From the NCBI GenBank assembly GCA_964291265.2, contig OZ219747.1, positions 2,752,001-2,816,000 of the forward strand: a stretch of 64,000 nt of DNA, in the 5' to 3' direction. The position numbers and the translations under genes are program-made. Source of the DNA: Alphaproteobacteria bacterium. Its GTDB lineage: Bacteria; Pseudomonadota; Alphaproteobacteria; SP197. Each line of letters starts with the position of its first letter. The first letter of the stretch is position 1. Positions 40,190 through 50,581 of this stretch are shown here, piece by piece. The notes below the pieces were generated by a model. The model did not search any database, was not told where the DNA came from, and saw nothing but the letters and a program-made list of their open reading frames with translations.

Positions 40190-40399
40190 AAGGAGACGAT
40201 GGGCCATGAAGCATGGCGGCGCCGCGACGACGCCATACGACCGCATGGCAGCTCAGGGATGCCGGCCGCCGGCACCCGGGACGATCGTCACGCCAGGCTG
40301 GCCGTTCGGCGAAGCGTAGCGGAGCCGAGCGGCCAGCCTGGCGGAGAAATCGTCGATGCGCTAACGTTCACCTTGGGATCAGTCGACGGGGGCAGGTCA
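40190..40399 (+). mobile_element. Second copy of the IS3 3' end remnant
   Basis: Similar to ~38215-38440; ends GTCGACGGGGGCAGGTCA immediately before ATG 40400. Confidence 0.7.
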
Positions 40400-41335
40400 A
40401 TGGGGACAACGGGTTTCATCGGTCTTGGGCGCATGGGATGCTCCATGGCCTCGAATCTCGTGCGCAAGGGGTTCGACCTGGTGGTTCACGACATCGTGGC
40501 GGATCGTGTCGACACCCTGGCGCGCCTGGGCGCCGTTCCCGCCTCATCACCGGCACAGCAGGTGGCGGCCCGGGCGGAGGTGGTGATGACCATGCTCCCG
40601 GGCCCGGCCAGTGTCCGTGACGTCATCACGGGGCGGCACGGCGTCCTCGCCACGGCGCGGCAGGGAACCATCGTCGTGGACATGAGCACCGTCGACCCTG
40701 GAACCACGGACGCCATGGCGGAACTCTGCAGGGACAGGGGGCTGGAATTCATCGACGCGCCGGTCGGACGCCTTGCCTCCCATGCCGATGCCGGAGAGTC
40801 CCTCTTCATGGTGGGAGGTACATCGGACAGTCTCGAGCGCGTCCGGCCGCTTCTCGAGGCCATGGGGACGGCGCTCTTCCACTGTGGCCCCTGCGGTACG
40901 GGAACACGCACGAAACTCGTCAACAACTTCATGTCCACGGCATCCTGCCAGATCAATGCCGAGGCGCTCGTTCTCGCGGCATCCTTCGGACTCGATCTCG
41001 ACAGGACACTCGATGTGATCTGTGGCACGTCGGCCGTCAACGGGCAGATCAGTTCGGCATGGCCCGTCAAGGTGCTTGCCGATGACACCTCCCCCGGGTT
41101 CACCATCGACCTGGCGCACAAGGATCTCTCGCTCGTGGTCGAGGCCGCGAACGCTGCGGGTGTGCCGATGCCCATGGCCGCCACGGCCCGCGAGACCTAC
41201 AGCGTGGCGAAGGTACGCGGATATGGTGGCAAGGACTTTTCGGCCATGCTCGATGCGCACTGCGACGTGACCGGCACCCCGAGGCCCCGCCTTGTCGCCA
41301 ACTCGACATACCGCACCGCAAAGGCCATCCCGTGA
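40400..41335 (+). CDS. NAD(P)-dependent 3-hydroxyisobutyrate/beta-hydroxyacid dehydrogenase family
   Basis: GFIGLGRMG, DMSTVDP, FIDAPVGR, KLVNN, FTIDLAHKDL. Confidence 0.9.
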   Translation: MGTTGFIGLGRMGCSMASNLVRKGFDLVVHDIVADRVDTLARLGAVPASSPAQQVAARAEVVMTMLPGPASVRDVITGRHGVLATARQGTIVVDMSTVDPGTTDAMAELCRDRGLEFIDAPVGRLASHADAGESLFMVGGTSDSLERVRPLLEAMGTALFHCGPCGTGTRTKLVNNFMSTASCQINAEALVLAASFGLDLDRTLDVICGTSAVNGQISSAWPVKVLADDTSPGFTIDLAHKDLSLVVEAANAAGVPMPMAATARETYSVAKVRGYGGKDFSAMLDAHCDVTGTPRPRLVANSTYRTAKAIP

Positions 41336-41416
41336 GGTGTATGGAGAAGCCGGACCTTGTTGAGTTCGCCTGTTTGATTTAAGTGACCGTGGGGCCACAG
41401 TCTTGCGGGCGAACGG

Positions 41417-42829
41417 GTGATGTCCGAGATCAGGTACGTTTCGACCCGCGGAGGGACGGCAGAAGCAGGCTTCGAGGAAATCCTGCTGGGTGGATTGGCC
41501 CCCGATGGAGGTCTGTGGATTCCGCAGTCGTGGCCCTGGTTCGAGGCCCGGGACTTTCGGGCCATGCAGGGCATGACATACGCCGAGATCGTCGCGCGTG
41601 TCATGCAGCCCTTCGTCACCGGCTGGATCGGGCCGGACGAGCTGCTCTCGACGACGCGCCGGGCCTATGCGCGATTCGACCATCCGGCCGTCATACCCAT
41701 GGTGCAGACGGCGGACAACGGCTGGCTCCTCGAGCTGTTCCATGGTCCGACATTCGCCTTCAAGGACCTGGCCCTGCAGCTTCTCGCCCGGCTCATGGAC
41801 CGGGCGCTCGAGAAGAGGGGTGAGCGGGCCACCATTCTCGGGGCAACGTCGGGAGATACCGGCTCGGCGGCCATCGCCGGGTGCGCCGGGCGGCGCAACA
41901 TGGACATCTTCATACTGTTTCCCAAGGGCAGGGTAAGCGAGACCCAGCGGCGCCAGATGACCACGGTGGTCGCCGGCAATGTCCACTGTATCGCCGTTGA
42001 AGGGACGTTCGACGACTGCCAGTCCCTGGTGAAGACCATGTTCAGGGACGCCGTCTTCGCGACATCCCGCAGGCTGACGGCGGTCAACTCCATCAACTGG
42101 ACGCGGATCGTGGCGCAGGCGGCCTATTGCGTGGCCGCAGCCGTCCGCCTCGGCGCACCGGACCGCAAGGTGGCCTTCTCCATCCCTTCCGCCAATTTCG
42201 GCGCCTGTCTTGCGGCCTGGTGTGCTGTCAGAATGGGGCTTGGCGTTGACCGTCTGGTGGTGGCGACCAATGCCAACGATCTCCTGCACCGCTTCTTCCA
42301 GACCGGGCACTACACGCCCCGTGATGTCGTGGCGACTCTGTCGCCGAGCATGGACATCCAGATCTCGAGCAACTTCGAACGTCTTCTCTGCGAACTCTAC
42401 GATCGTGACGGCAGTTCCATCCAGCGCCTGATGGAACGCCTGCCACGTCTGGGATCGTTCGACGTGACGGCACGGGTTCTGATGCGGGCGCGTTCCATCA
42501 TCTCCAGCCATCGCCTTGATGACGACGGAATCATCGACGAGATGCGGCGCATGCGGCGCGAGCATGGCGTCATGGTGGATCCCCACACTGCCTGCGGTAC
42601 GGCGGCTGCACGCGAGGTCGGGATCGGTCCTGACGTGCCGATGATCACGCACGCCCAGGCCCATCCGGCAAAGTTCCCGGAAGCCGTTGCCGCTGCGCTG
42701 GGCGAACCGCCGGAAACACCTGCGAAACTCTCGGGAATTCGCGGACTGACGGAAAACATGACGATCTTGCCAAACGACCTCGATATCGTGCAGGGTTACG
42801 TCCGCGACAACACGGAGACGGACGGTTGA
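41417..42829 (+). CDS. thrC: Threonine synthase
   Basis: YVSTRG, GLAPDGGL, LELFHGPTFAFKD, GATSGDTGSAA, NSINW, SSNFER. Confidence 0.95.
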   Translation: MMSEIRYVSTRGGTAEAGFEEILLGGLAPDGGLWIPQSWPWFEARDFRAMQGMTYAEIVARVMQPFVTGWIGPDELLSTTRRAYARFDHPAVIPMVQTADNGWLLELFHGPTFAFKDLALQLLARLMDRALEKRGERATILGATSGDTGSAAIAGCAGRRNMDIFILFPKGRVSETQRRQMTTVVAGNVHCIAVEGTFDDCQSLVKTMFRDAVFATSRRLTAVNSINWTRIVAQAAYCVAAAVRLGAPDRKVAFSIPSANFGACLAAWCAVRMGLGVDRLVVATNANDLLHRFFQTGHYTPRDVVATLSPSMDIQISSNFERLLCELYDRDGSSIQRLMERLPRLGSFDVTARVLMRARSIISSHRLDDDGIIDEMRRMRREHGVMVDPHTACGTAAAREVGIGPDVPMITHAQAHPAKFPEAVAAALGEPPETPAKLSGIRGLTENMTILPNDLDIVQGYVRDNTETDG

Positions 42830-42857
42830 TCGAGCGGTCGATGCCTGCCGGGCACTC

Positions 42858-44144
42858 TTGAGTCTGGATGTCACTCGCCTCGCTAACGGTCTGAGGATCG
42901 TCACCGACAGGGTCGAGGGCGTCGACTCTGCCGCGGTGGGTATCTGGGTCAATGTCGGCGCGCGCGACGAACCTGATCATCTCCAGGGTATCTCCCACCT
43001 TCTCGAACACATGGCCTTCAAGGGCACAAAACGACGCAATGCGCGCATGATTGCCCAGGAGATCGAGGATGTCGGCGGATACGTGAACGCCTACACCACC
43101 CGCGAGAACACGGCGTACCACGCCAGGGTTCTCGGGGACGACGTGCCGCTGGCCATCGACGTTCTCGCAGACATCCTGCAGAACTCCGTCTTCGACGAGT
43201 GCGAACTCACGAAGGAGCGGTGGGTGGTCGAACAGGAGATCGCCCAGGTTTTCGACACGCCGGATGATCTCGTCTTCGATCTCTTCCAGGAGTGCGCCTT
43301 TCCCGACCAGCCCATGGGGCGCTCCATCCTCGGCACGCCGGAGAGCCTTGCCGACATGACCAGGCAGACCCTGCTCGACCACATGACCGGCCACTACACC
43401 GCCGAGAGCATGGTGCTGTCGGCTGCCGGAGCCGTCGATCACGGAAAGATCGTCCGTCTGGCGGAGGACCGGTTCTGCGACCTGCCGCATTCCAACGGTC
43501 ATATGCCGCGTCCCGCCACCTATGCCGGAGGGGCCATCGACCACAGTGATGACGTCGAGCAGGTCCATCTCGTCATGGGATGCCCGGGGTTCGCAGTTCG
43601 TGATGACAACTACTACCCGGTCCAGTTCCTGAGCAATGCTCTCGGCGGCGGCATGTCGTCGCGTCTCTTCCAGGAGATTCGCGAGGACCGCGGACTCGCC
43701 TACGCCATCTACTCGTTTCACTCGGCCTTCGAAGACAGCGGTCTCTTTGGCATCTATGCCGGGTGTGCCGAAGCGGATGCCCGGGAGGTGACGAACCTGA
43801 TCGTCGATGCGATCGCGCGAACGGCGGACGGCCTTGCCGAAGACGAGATCGAACGGGCCCGCACGCAGATGAAGGCGGGACTTCTGATGGCGCGTGAGAG
43901 CACGACCGCGCGGTGCGAGGCACTGGCGCGCCAGATGCTCGTCTTCGGGCGCACCGTTTCGGAGGAAGAGATCATCGGCAAGATCGAGTCCGTGCGCGCG
44001 GCGGACATCCGCGAGTGTGCCGACGTCCTGTTCCAGGGCGTCCGTCCTGCAGTGGCCTGCATCGGACCCGAGGAGGGCATTGTTCCCTGCGGGCGAATCC
44101 TGTCGGGCCTGGGCAAGGGAGAGGGCGTGTGTTCGCCTTCATGA
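42858..44144 (+). CDS. M16 family (pitrilysin-like) peptidase
   Basis: HLLEHMAFKG inverted zinc motif, NAYT, SSRLFQEIRE. Confidence 0.93.
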   Translation: MSLDVTRLANGLRIVTDRVEGVDSAAVGIWVNVGARDEPDHLQGISHLLEHMAFKGTKRRNARMIAQEIEDVGGYVNAYTTRENTAYHARVLGDDVPLAIDVLADILQNSVFDECELTKERWVVEQEIAQVFDTPDDLVFDLFQECAFPDQPMGRSILGTPESLADMTRQTLLDHMTGHYTAESMVLSAAGAVDHGKIVRLAEDRFCDLPHSNGHMPRPATYAGGAIDHSDDVEQVHLVMGCPGFAVRDDNYYPVQFLSNALGGGMSSRLFQEIREDRGLAYAIYSFHSAFEDSGLFGIYAGCAEADAREVTNLIVDAIARTADGLAEDEIERARTQMKAGLLMARESTTARCEALARQMLVFGRTVSEEEIIGKIESVRAADIRECADVLFQGVRPAVACIGPEEGIVPCGRILSGLGKGEGVCSPS

Positions 44145-44746
44145 GGAAACAGGCGTCGCGGCAGCAGCCGGCCCTTCTCGAGAGCGCGAGGCTCGTCCTT
44201 CGCCCTCCTGCCATCGATGACTGGCCGCAATGGGCCAGGTTGCGCCATGAAAGCCGGGAGTTCCTGCAGCCTTGGGAACCGACATGGCCACGCAACGCCC
44301 TGACCAGAGGCGCCTTCACCCGAAACATCAAGCTGCAGGCGCGCGATCGTGAGGCCGGAACGGCTTTCAGCTGGTTTCTGATCCGGCGAGATGACGATGC
44401 GCTGATGGGTGGCGTGGCGGTGAGCGACATTCGTCGCGGCGTGGCAAGTTCGGGAACACTCGGATACTGGATTGGCCGTTCCTACGCCCGCCAGGGATAC
44501 ATGAGCGAGGCCGTGGAGGCGGTGATCGACCATGCCTTCGAAGGGTTCGGCCTGCATCGCCTCGAGGCAGCCTGCCTGCCAGCCAACGAGGCAAGCCGCC
44601 GGCTTCTTGCCTCCCGGGGGTTCAGCCTCGAGGGGATTGGCCGCAGCTACCTCAAGATCGACGGCGACTGGCGCGATCACCTGTTGTTTTCCCTGGTCGA
44701 TTTCGAATGGCGTTCCCCCGACCCGCTTCTCGGGCCGAAGCCCTGA
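44141..44746 (+). CDS. rimJ: RimJ-family GNAT N-acetyltransferase
   Basis: FLQPWEP, LGYWIG, GLHRLEAACLP.N, YLKIDGDWRDH; ATGA overlap with the M16 stop. Confidence 0.85.
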   Translation: MRKQASRQQPALLESARLVLRPPAIDDWPQWARLRHESREFLQPWEPTWPRNALTRGAFTRNIKLQARDREAGTAFSWFLIRRDDDALMGGVAVSDIRRGVASSGTLGYWIGRSYARQGYMSEAVEAVIDHAFEGFGLHRLEAACLPANEASRRLLASRGFSLEGIGRSYLKIDGDWRDHLLFSLVDFEWRSPDPLLGPKP

Positions 44747-45064
44747 GAGCGTGAATCGCGGGTCCTTCCCGTCGTGGGTGGCATGCACCTGTCTCTCGCA
44801 TCGCAAGCGGGTGCGAGGACGGCAGGACTTTCCTACGCTACGGCTGATTTTTCGGGAAGCCGATGAATCGCGCCCGAATCGGCCATCTGATCTTTCGCGA
44901 GGCCGACGAATCGAGGCCGAATCGGGATGTCCTGGACGGATTCCGTGGCTTCAGTGCCGTCCGCATGGCGACACCGGCAGCGTTTTCGGCCCGGATGCTT
45001 GGTTCTTGATGTTCTAGCAGCGTTCCGGGGTCCCCGGACGCTCAAGGCGTCTCAGGGCCGGGTC

Positions 45065-47647
45065 CTGCCCATTAGTCACAAAAGGTGTCATTACAAGTGA
45101 ACTGAGAGGGGGTCTTCGCCACTGCCGCCGCCTGCCAGAAGCACGCCCGGCGATCGTGCGGACCGAATGCTTGACAAGACCAGCGCACCCTGTCAGGCTG
45201 CCCAACGTCATGGACTACACTCCCCTGCCGATCCGGTCAACATTGGACCAACCCGAGGCCCTGGCCCGGCTGCAGCCGATCCTGGATGGCTCGTCGAGCC
45301 GCTGGGCCGCAACCCGCGCCACCTGTGCCGCCTTTGCGCTGCGCGACGGGCGCGGACATCTGCGCCTGCAGAGCTGCCTGTCGGCGCTTGAAGCCCTGGA
45401 CCGGGCCGGGCGCATCCGGCTGCCGCCGGCGCGTCCGGGGCCGGCGCACCGGGCGCCGCGCACGGATCCCCGGACGCGGCCGGCGCCGCCGTTGCCGGAG
45501 GTCCCGGACCAGGCGGGGCAGATCCCCGACCTTGCGGTGTCGCCGGTGACCGACCGCGCCGGCAAGCACACGTGGGCGGCGATGATGGCCCGGGAGCATC
45601 CTCTCGGTCCGGTGCGGGCGGCGGGATCGCAGATCCGCTACGTCCTGACCTCGGGCGAGGGGGTTCTCGGCGGCTTCCTGTGTGCGGCGCCGACCCGTGT
45701 GCAGGCGGCGCGGGATCGCTGGATCGGCTGGACCCCGGCGCAGTGTGCGGCGGGGCGGCACCGCATCGTCGGCCTGGCGCGCTTCCTGATCCGGCCGGCT
45801 CTTGGGCGCTGCCGCAACCTCGCGTCGCGGGCGCTCGGCCTGTGCCTGCGCCGGGTGGTTGGGGACTACGAGGCCCTCTACGGTCTGCGTCCGGTACTCA
45901 TCGAAACGTATGTCGGTCCCGAGCACGACGGCACCAGCTGCCGGGCGAGTGGATGGATCCGGGTCGGGCAGACGGCCGGTCGCGACCGTCATCGCCGGCC
46001 GGTGGCGGTCAAGCAGGTCTGGCTACGCCCGCTCAGCACCGACTGGCGTTGGCAGCTGGGGGTCCGGGTGGAGCCGTTGACGCCGTGGGCGGGTCTGGAC
46101 AGCACCCGGTGGGCGGAGCAGGAACTGGCCGGAGCGGACTTCGGCGATGTCCGGCTGAGCCGGCGTCTTGTACAATCGGCTGCTCTGCTGGCGCAGACGC
46201 CTTCGAAGACCTTCGTGACCGCAGCCCGGGGAGATGCAGCGATGGTGACCGGCTATTATCGTCTGATTGAGCACCCCGATAGCGCCGCCGTCTCGGCACA
46301 GGCGATCCTCGCTCCGCATCGCAAGCGGACCCGTCAGCGGATCCAGGGACAGGACACGGTGCTGCTGATCCAGGACGGCTCCGACATCAACCTGGCGACG
46401 CACCAGGCCTGCGAGGGTCTCGGCGTGATCTCCCGCAACCGGGGATCCAAGGGCACTCTCGGTCTGCATCTGCACACGACCCTCGCCGTGGCGGCGGACG
46501 GCATCCCGTTGGGCGTGCCACGGATCGAGTTCGATGCGCCGCCGCTCGAGGGCGCCGCCGACGACGACCGTGACACCAAGACCCAGCGCTGGGTCCGGGG
46601 ACTGGAAGACAGCGGGGCCCTGATCGACGGATTGCACGAGGTTCGGGCCGTGGCCGTCATGGATCGCGAAGGCGATGCCTTCGAGGTCCTGGAGGCCTGG
46701 CGGCGCCTGGAAGGGCGGATCCACATCCTCGTGCGGGCCCGTCATGACCGCAGTCTCGGCAAGGGACGATTGAAGCTGTTCGAACGCATGCGCCGACAGC
46801 CGGTCCGGGAGGCCTGGACGGTATCGGTGCCGCGGTTGTCGGTACGGCGGGCGACGGGGTCGCAGTCGGCCTTCATCGGACGGGCCGCGCGCACCGCTCC
46901 CTGCGCCCTGCGCTGGAAGAGCCTCGAGATACCGGTTCCCGAAGGACGCGCCGAACCGGGCGCGCGGGCGATCCGCCTGTCACTGGTCCATGTCCAGGAA
47001 ACCGCCGATCCCGAGGACGGAGCGAAGCCGCTGGAATGGCTGCTCCTGACCTCGCTGCCGGTGAGCGATGCCTGCCAGGCCCGGGAAGTGGTCGGCTTCT
47101 ACGAGCGGCGCTGGCGCATCGAGGAGTTCTTCCGCATCCTCAAGTCCGGCTGCGACGTGGAGACGGGAGCCCATCGCACGCGGGAACGCGTCGAACGGGC
47201 CGTCGCCCTGCGCGCCGTCATCGCCTGGAGACTGTCGGTCCTGGCCCTGCTCGGGCGCGAGACGCCGGGGCTCGAGCCCGGGGTGCTGTTCTCCGAAGCC
47301 GAGCTGGCGGTGATCGCGGACTTTGCCCGGCAGCGCCGCCTGGAGGCGCCCGACAACCTCGGCGCCGCCATCACCCTCCTGGCCCGCATGGGCGGGTACC
47401 TCCAGCGCCGGCACGACGCACCGCCCGGCGCCCACGTGGTCTGGGAAGGATACAGCCACCTCGCGCTCGGCGCCGACATCGTCGAGCGGGCCCGGCAGGT
47501 CGGCCACCAGAGCGAGGTGAAGCGCTGGATCTCGGGCTGAGGGCTGAGGCAAGGGCGCCTCGACCCACACCTTTCGCTTACCTCACGGCACCCTCAATGT
47601 GTGGCAAAAGTGCACTTGTAATGACAGGGTTTGTGACTAATGGGCAG
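45065..47647 (+). mobile_element. IS4-family (IS50-like) element, 2583 bp
   Basis: TIRs CTGCCCATTAGTCACAAAnnnTGTCATTACAAGTG (35 bp, 3 mismatches); 8-bp TSD GCCGGGTC (45057-45064, 47648-47655). Confidence 0.93.
45210..47540 (+). CDS. IS4-family transposase with N-terminal DUF4338 (DruA-like) domain
   Basis: RDRWIGW...RFLI...NLASR...IETYV...GQTAGR; then FGDVRLSRRL, IQDGS, MDREGD, YERRWRIEEFFRILKSGC. Confidence 0.88.
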   Translation: MDYTPLPIRSTLDQPEALARLQPILDGSSSRWAATRATCAAFALRDGRGHLRLQSCLSALEALDRAGRIRLPPARPGPAHRAPRTDPRTRPAPPLPEVPDQAGQIPDLAVSPVTDRAGKHTWAAMMAREHPLGPVRAAGSQIRYVLTSGEGVLGGFLCAAPTRVQAARDRWIGWTPAQCAAGRHRIVGLARFLIRPALGRCRNLASRALGLCLRRVVGDYEALYGLRPVLIETYVGPEHDGTSCRASGWIRVGQTAGRDRHRRPVAVKQVWLRPLSTDWRWQLGVRVEPLTPWAGLDSTRWAEQELAGADFGDVRLSRRLVQSAALLAQTPSKTFVTAARGDAAMVTGYYRLIEHPDSAAVSAQAILAPHRKRTRQRIQGQDTVLLIQDGSDINLATHQACEGLGVISRNRGSKGTLGLHLHTTLAVAADGIPLGVPRIEFDAPPLEGAADDDRDTKTQRWVRGLEDSGALIDGLHEVRAVAVMDREGDAFEVLEAWRRLEGRIHILVRARHDRSLGKGRLKLFERMRRQPVREAWTVSVPRLSVRRATGSQSAFIGRAARTAPCALRWKSLEIPVPEGRAEPGARAIRLSLVHVQETADPEDGAKPLEWLLLTSLPVSDACQAREVVGFYERRWRIEEFFRILKSGCDVETGAHRTRERVERAVALRAVIAWRLSVLALLGRETPGLEPGVLFSEAELAVIADFARQRRLEAPDNLGAAITLLARMGGYLQRRHDAPPGAHVVWEGYSHLALGADIVERARQVGHQSEVKRWISG

Positions 47648-49590
47648 GCCGGGTCAGGGCGTTGATGGCCTCGCGACGGTCCAGTTGTAGGCGGCGCCGG
47701 GTTTCGGCGAGGCTTTCGGCCTCGCGGCGGTTGGCGAAGATCACCGCGAGCGCGATGTTGTTGAGGCTGGCCCGGTTCGCCGGGCCGTTGTCAGTGCGGG
47801 TCAGGCAGGCGTCTTCGCCGAAGACGCAATCCCTTTGTCGATGGTTCAGATTTTCCACGGCCCAGTGGCGGCGGTTCAGTCGCAGCAACTCTTCCGGCGA
47901 CGTGGCCCCCGTATCGAGAGAGGTGATGATGTAATCGGTTTCCGTGTAATCCTTCTCTTCTTCCTTCCCGGCATCGCCGGAGCCTTTCTTCCCGGCATCG
48001 CCGGGGCCTTTCTTCCCGGCATCGCCGGAGCCTTCCTTCCCGGCATCGCCGGGGCCTTCCTTCCCGGCATCGCCGGAGCCTTCCTTCCCGGCATCGCCGG
48101 AGCCTTTCTTCCACGGCTCCCGATAGCGGGTGATGCGGGCGACCTGACGGACGCCCGGATAGTTGATCAGACCGTCCAACGGGACGAGGACGCTGATCGA
48201 ACGCTGCTCCAGTCGACCGTGCGCCTTGTCGAACGGCTCCGTGAAGTGGCCGGTAGCGTCTTTTTGCCAATTGATGCTGTCGAGGATGGCGAAGGTCTCC
48301 GGGGCGTTGCCCTTGACGACGAAGACGTAATCCGCGCGTTGTGTGATCAGCTTCGCGGTATGGCGTGTCGTGTGCAGCGCGTCGAGGGTGATCACCTTGC
48401 CGCCGATGTCGCTGCGCTCCAGGAGATCGTGCATGGCCGCCAGTTCGCCGCCTTCGTCGTTGAAGTTCAGGAGGGAAAAGGGCGCGCCGGTCTCATGGTC
48501 GACAAGGGCCACGGTCTCTCAGACGGCCATCGCCGTTGCGGTTGGCGCCGCGGATGCGCTTGCCGTCGGCGGCGAGTGCACGGGCGAGGTGAAGCCGAGG
48601 CCGGGACCAGCGGGTGAGCACATCCTCCAGAGCCTCGGGGTCGATCGACTGGATAACCCGGTGGATGGTGGACTTGGAGACGGGCTCGCGAAGCCCCGTC
48701 TTCGGGTTAAGCCACGCGCCGATGGCCTCCAACTCCTCCTGGGACAGGGACCGCGCGAACTGCGCGGCGGCGACACAGCCCTTCATGTTGGCGAACTCGG
48801 CGAGCACGTGCACGGTGAGCACCGATGCCGCGGTATGCTTCCTTCCCTGCGCCCGGCGGAAGTCGGGAATGGCCGCGAGCTCGGCGTAGAGCGAGCGCAG
48901 CACCTTGGGGTCCCGGGGCGCCAGTTCGGGGCATGAGGGCGGCGCCACGTCGGGGGGAAGCGGCAGCGGGCTCGACAGCAGCGCCCGGGCATCGCGCCTC
49001 AGTGCCGTAACGTAGATATCCTTGGGCTTGCCGTGAGGATCGGTGTAACGCCCGTTGGAGCGGGCAAACCCCTTGGTCTCACCCAGACACGTCCAGCCCG
49101 CAGCCTTCAACATCGTGCCGGCAAAGATCTCCGGATCGCAGAACGTCTCCGCCAGCAGCACCCCGTGGCCGTGCACCTGCAGCCAATCGTCACAGAGCCG
49201 GCGCGTCATGCACGCAAGGAAACAGGAAGCAAGGTTCGCAAACACCCCGGGCTTGGAGAGGATCAAGAACCGCGTGTTGTTGGCTACCATCGAGAGCCGC
49301 TGGAACTGCTGCTCCGGCTTCCAGCCGGTCCACTGGTCGCGGGGAGCGCACTTGAAGGCGCCGTTCTGCCACGCCGCCAGCCCCAGCCAATGGCCCCTGA
49401 AGGTCGCAAGGTAGCGCAGACCGCGACCCGCCAGGCGACGGAAGCCGAGATAGTGGTGCTTGTTCATCAGCGCGTCCCACAGCGGACGCTCCTCCGGCCT
49501 CGCCAGGCGAACATCGACCTCAGACAGGGAAAAACCCTCAGGTGCTTCCTGATGGATCGGGACAGCTTCCATGAGCTTGCGAATCGACAT
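47637..49590 (-). pseudogene. DUF4338-ISAs1 transposase split by one frameshift near 48520 (pseudogene or recoded)
   Basis: Upstream ORF: HHYLG...NNTRFLIL...AETFCDP plus PDFRRAQGRKH...ADGKRIRG. Downstream ORF: TLDALH, VKGN, HGRLEQR, HWAVEN...FGED. Confidence 0.8.
47967..48110. repeat. 24-bp coding VNTR, 6 units
   Basis: Same unit as 17120-17335. Confidence 0.95.
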
Positions 49591-49850
49591 GACCGGACCG
49601 TCGCACATCCCAAGCGGGATGGCCAGCGGAAAATGTCCGCGCGCGTGCAACATACGAACGCCTGACGTCAAGTGAAATCAAGCGAATTCCAGCGTGGGAA
49701 GGCCTTGGCGAGGACGGCAGCAATGGGTGCATGCATGGCAGAAATCGGCAAGGATGGTCCTGTATCGGCCACGATCAGGTGGAATCGGCCCCTGCCGCAG
49801 TCTTCGAGATCCGGTCGTCCGACGGTGCGGATGGTACCGCCGGCGTCAGG

Positions 49851-50438
49851 TCAGTTCGGCTTGCCGGTGGCGCCCACGTCGGTGGCCAGCATGGCCGGGT
49901 CGATGCCGAGTTTCGTCAGCGCCCCCGTCCACTTGCTGGCGAGGTCACTGTGGAAGAGGAGCCCGGGATCGGCGTCGCAGACGAGCCAGCCGTTGTTCTG
50001 GATCTCGGCATCGAGCTGGCCAGGCGCCCACCCGGCATAGCCGAGGGCCAACAGACTGTTGCGGGGTCCGTCCCCCCGGATCATGGCCTTGAGGACATCG
50101 ACAGTGGCTGTGAGGGCGATGCCGCCGGAAATCTGCAACGTTCCGTCACGCATGTAGTCGTCGGAATGCAGCACAAACCCCCGCCCTGTCTCCACGGGAC
50201 CGCCGAAGTGCACGCGGATTGCATCGCCGCTGTCGCCTGGATCGAGACCGAGGCGTTCGACGACATCGCCGACGGTGATGCGCTCCAGTGACTTGTTGAC
50301 GACAAGGCCCATCGCCCCCTTGTCGCTGTGGGAGCACATGTAGATCACGGTCCGTTCAAATCGCGGATCACCGATCGTCGGCATGGCGATCAGACAACGT
50401 CCTTCGAGCTGACTGTCATCGTCGATTGGTTCGTTCAT
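49851..50438 (-). CDS. YqgE/AlgH family protein
   Basis: LIAMP...DPRFERTVIY, GAMGLVVN, GGPVE..RGFVLH, GYAGWAPGQL. Confidence 0.92.
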   Translation of the reverse strand: MNEPIDDDSQLEGRCLIAMPTIGDPRFERTVIYMCSHSDKGAMGLVVNKSLERITVGDVVERLGLDPGDSGDAIRVHFGGPVETGRGFVLHSDDYMRDGTLQISGGIALTATVDVLKAMIRGDGPRNSLLALGYAGWAPGQLDAEIQNNGWLVCDADPGLLFHSDLASKWTGALTKLGIDPAMLATDVGATGKPN

Positions 50439-50581
50439 GAATCCATGTCCATGGCCGGGGGTCAGCATAGCCGTTGCGGCTGACCTTTGCATCTCCGGAG
50501 CCTGAGGGGGTTGAGGAAGGATGTCGGTCGGTCCATATACCATGACACAGGTCACCCAACCCGGACGAGAGGAACGAGACC

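Larger units (their letters stand above)
44823..49707 (-). mobile_element. ISAs1-like element copy 2 with nested IS4-family element
   Basis: Same ends as copy 1; 10-bp TSD GCGAGGACGG (44813-44822, 49708-49717). Confidence 0.9.

Noticed and set aside
40547-42952. Long antisense or alternate-frame ORFs (e.g. 40547-42952, 1115-2524, 4032-5288, 21921-23417, 58946-60589)
   Set aside because: They are shadows of real genes caused by high GC3 and carry no recognisable motifs.
45210-49590. Druantia defence system
   Set aside because: The DUF4338-like domains are fused to transposases within IS ends, and no DruE-type helicase or other dru genes are adjacent.
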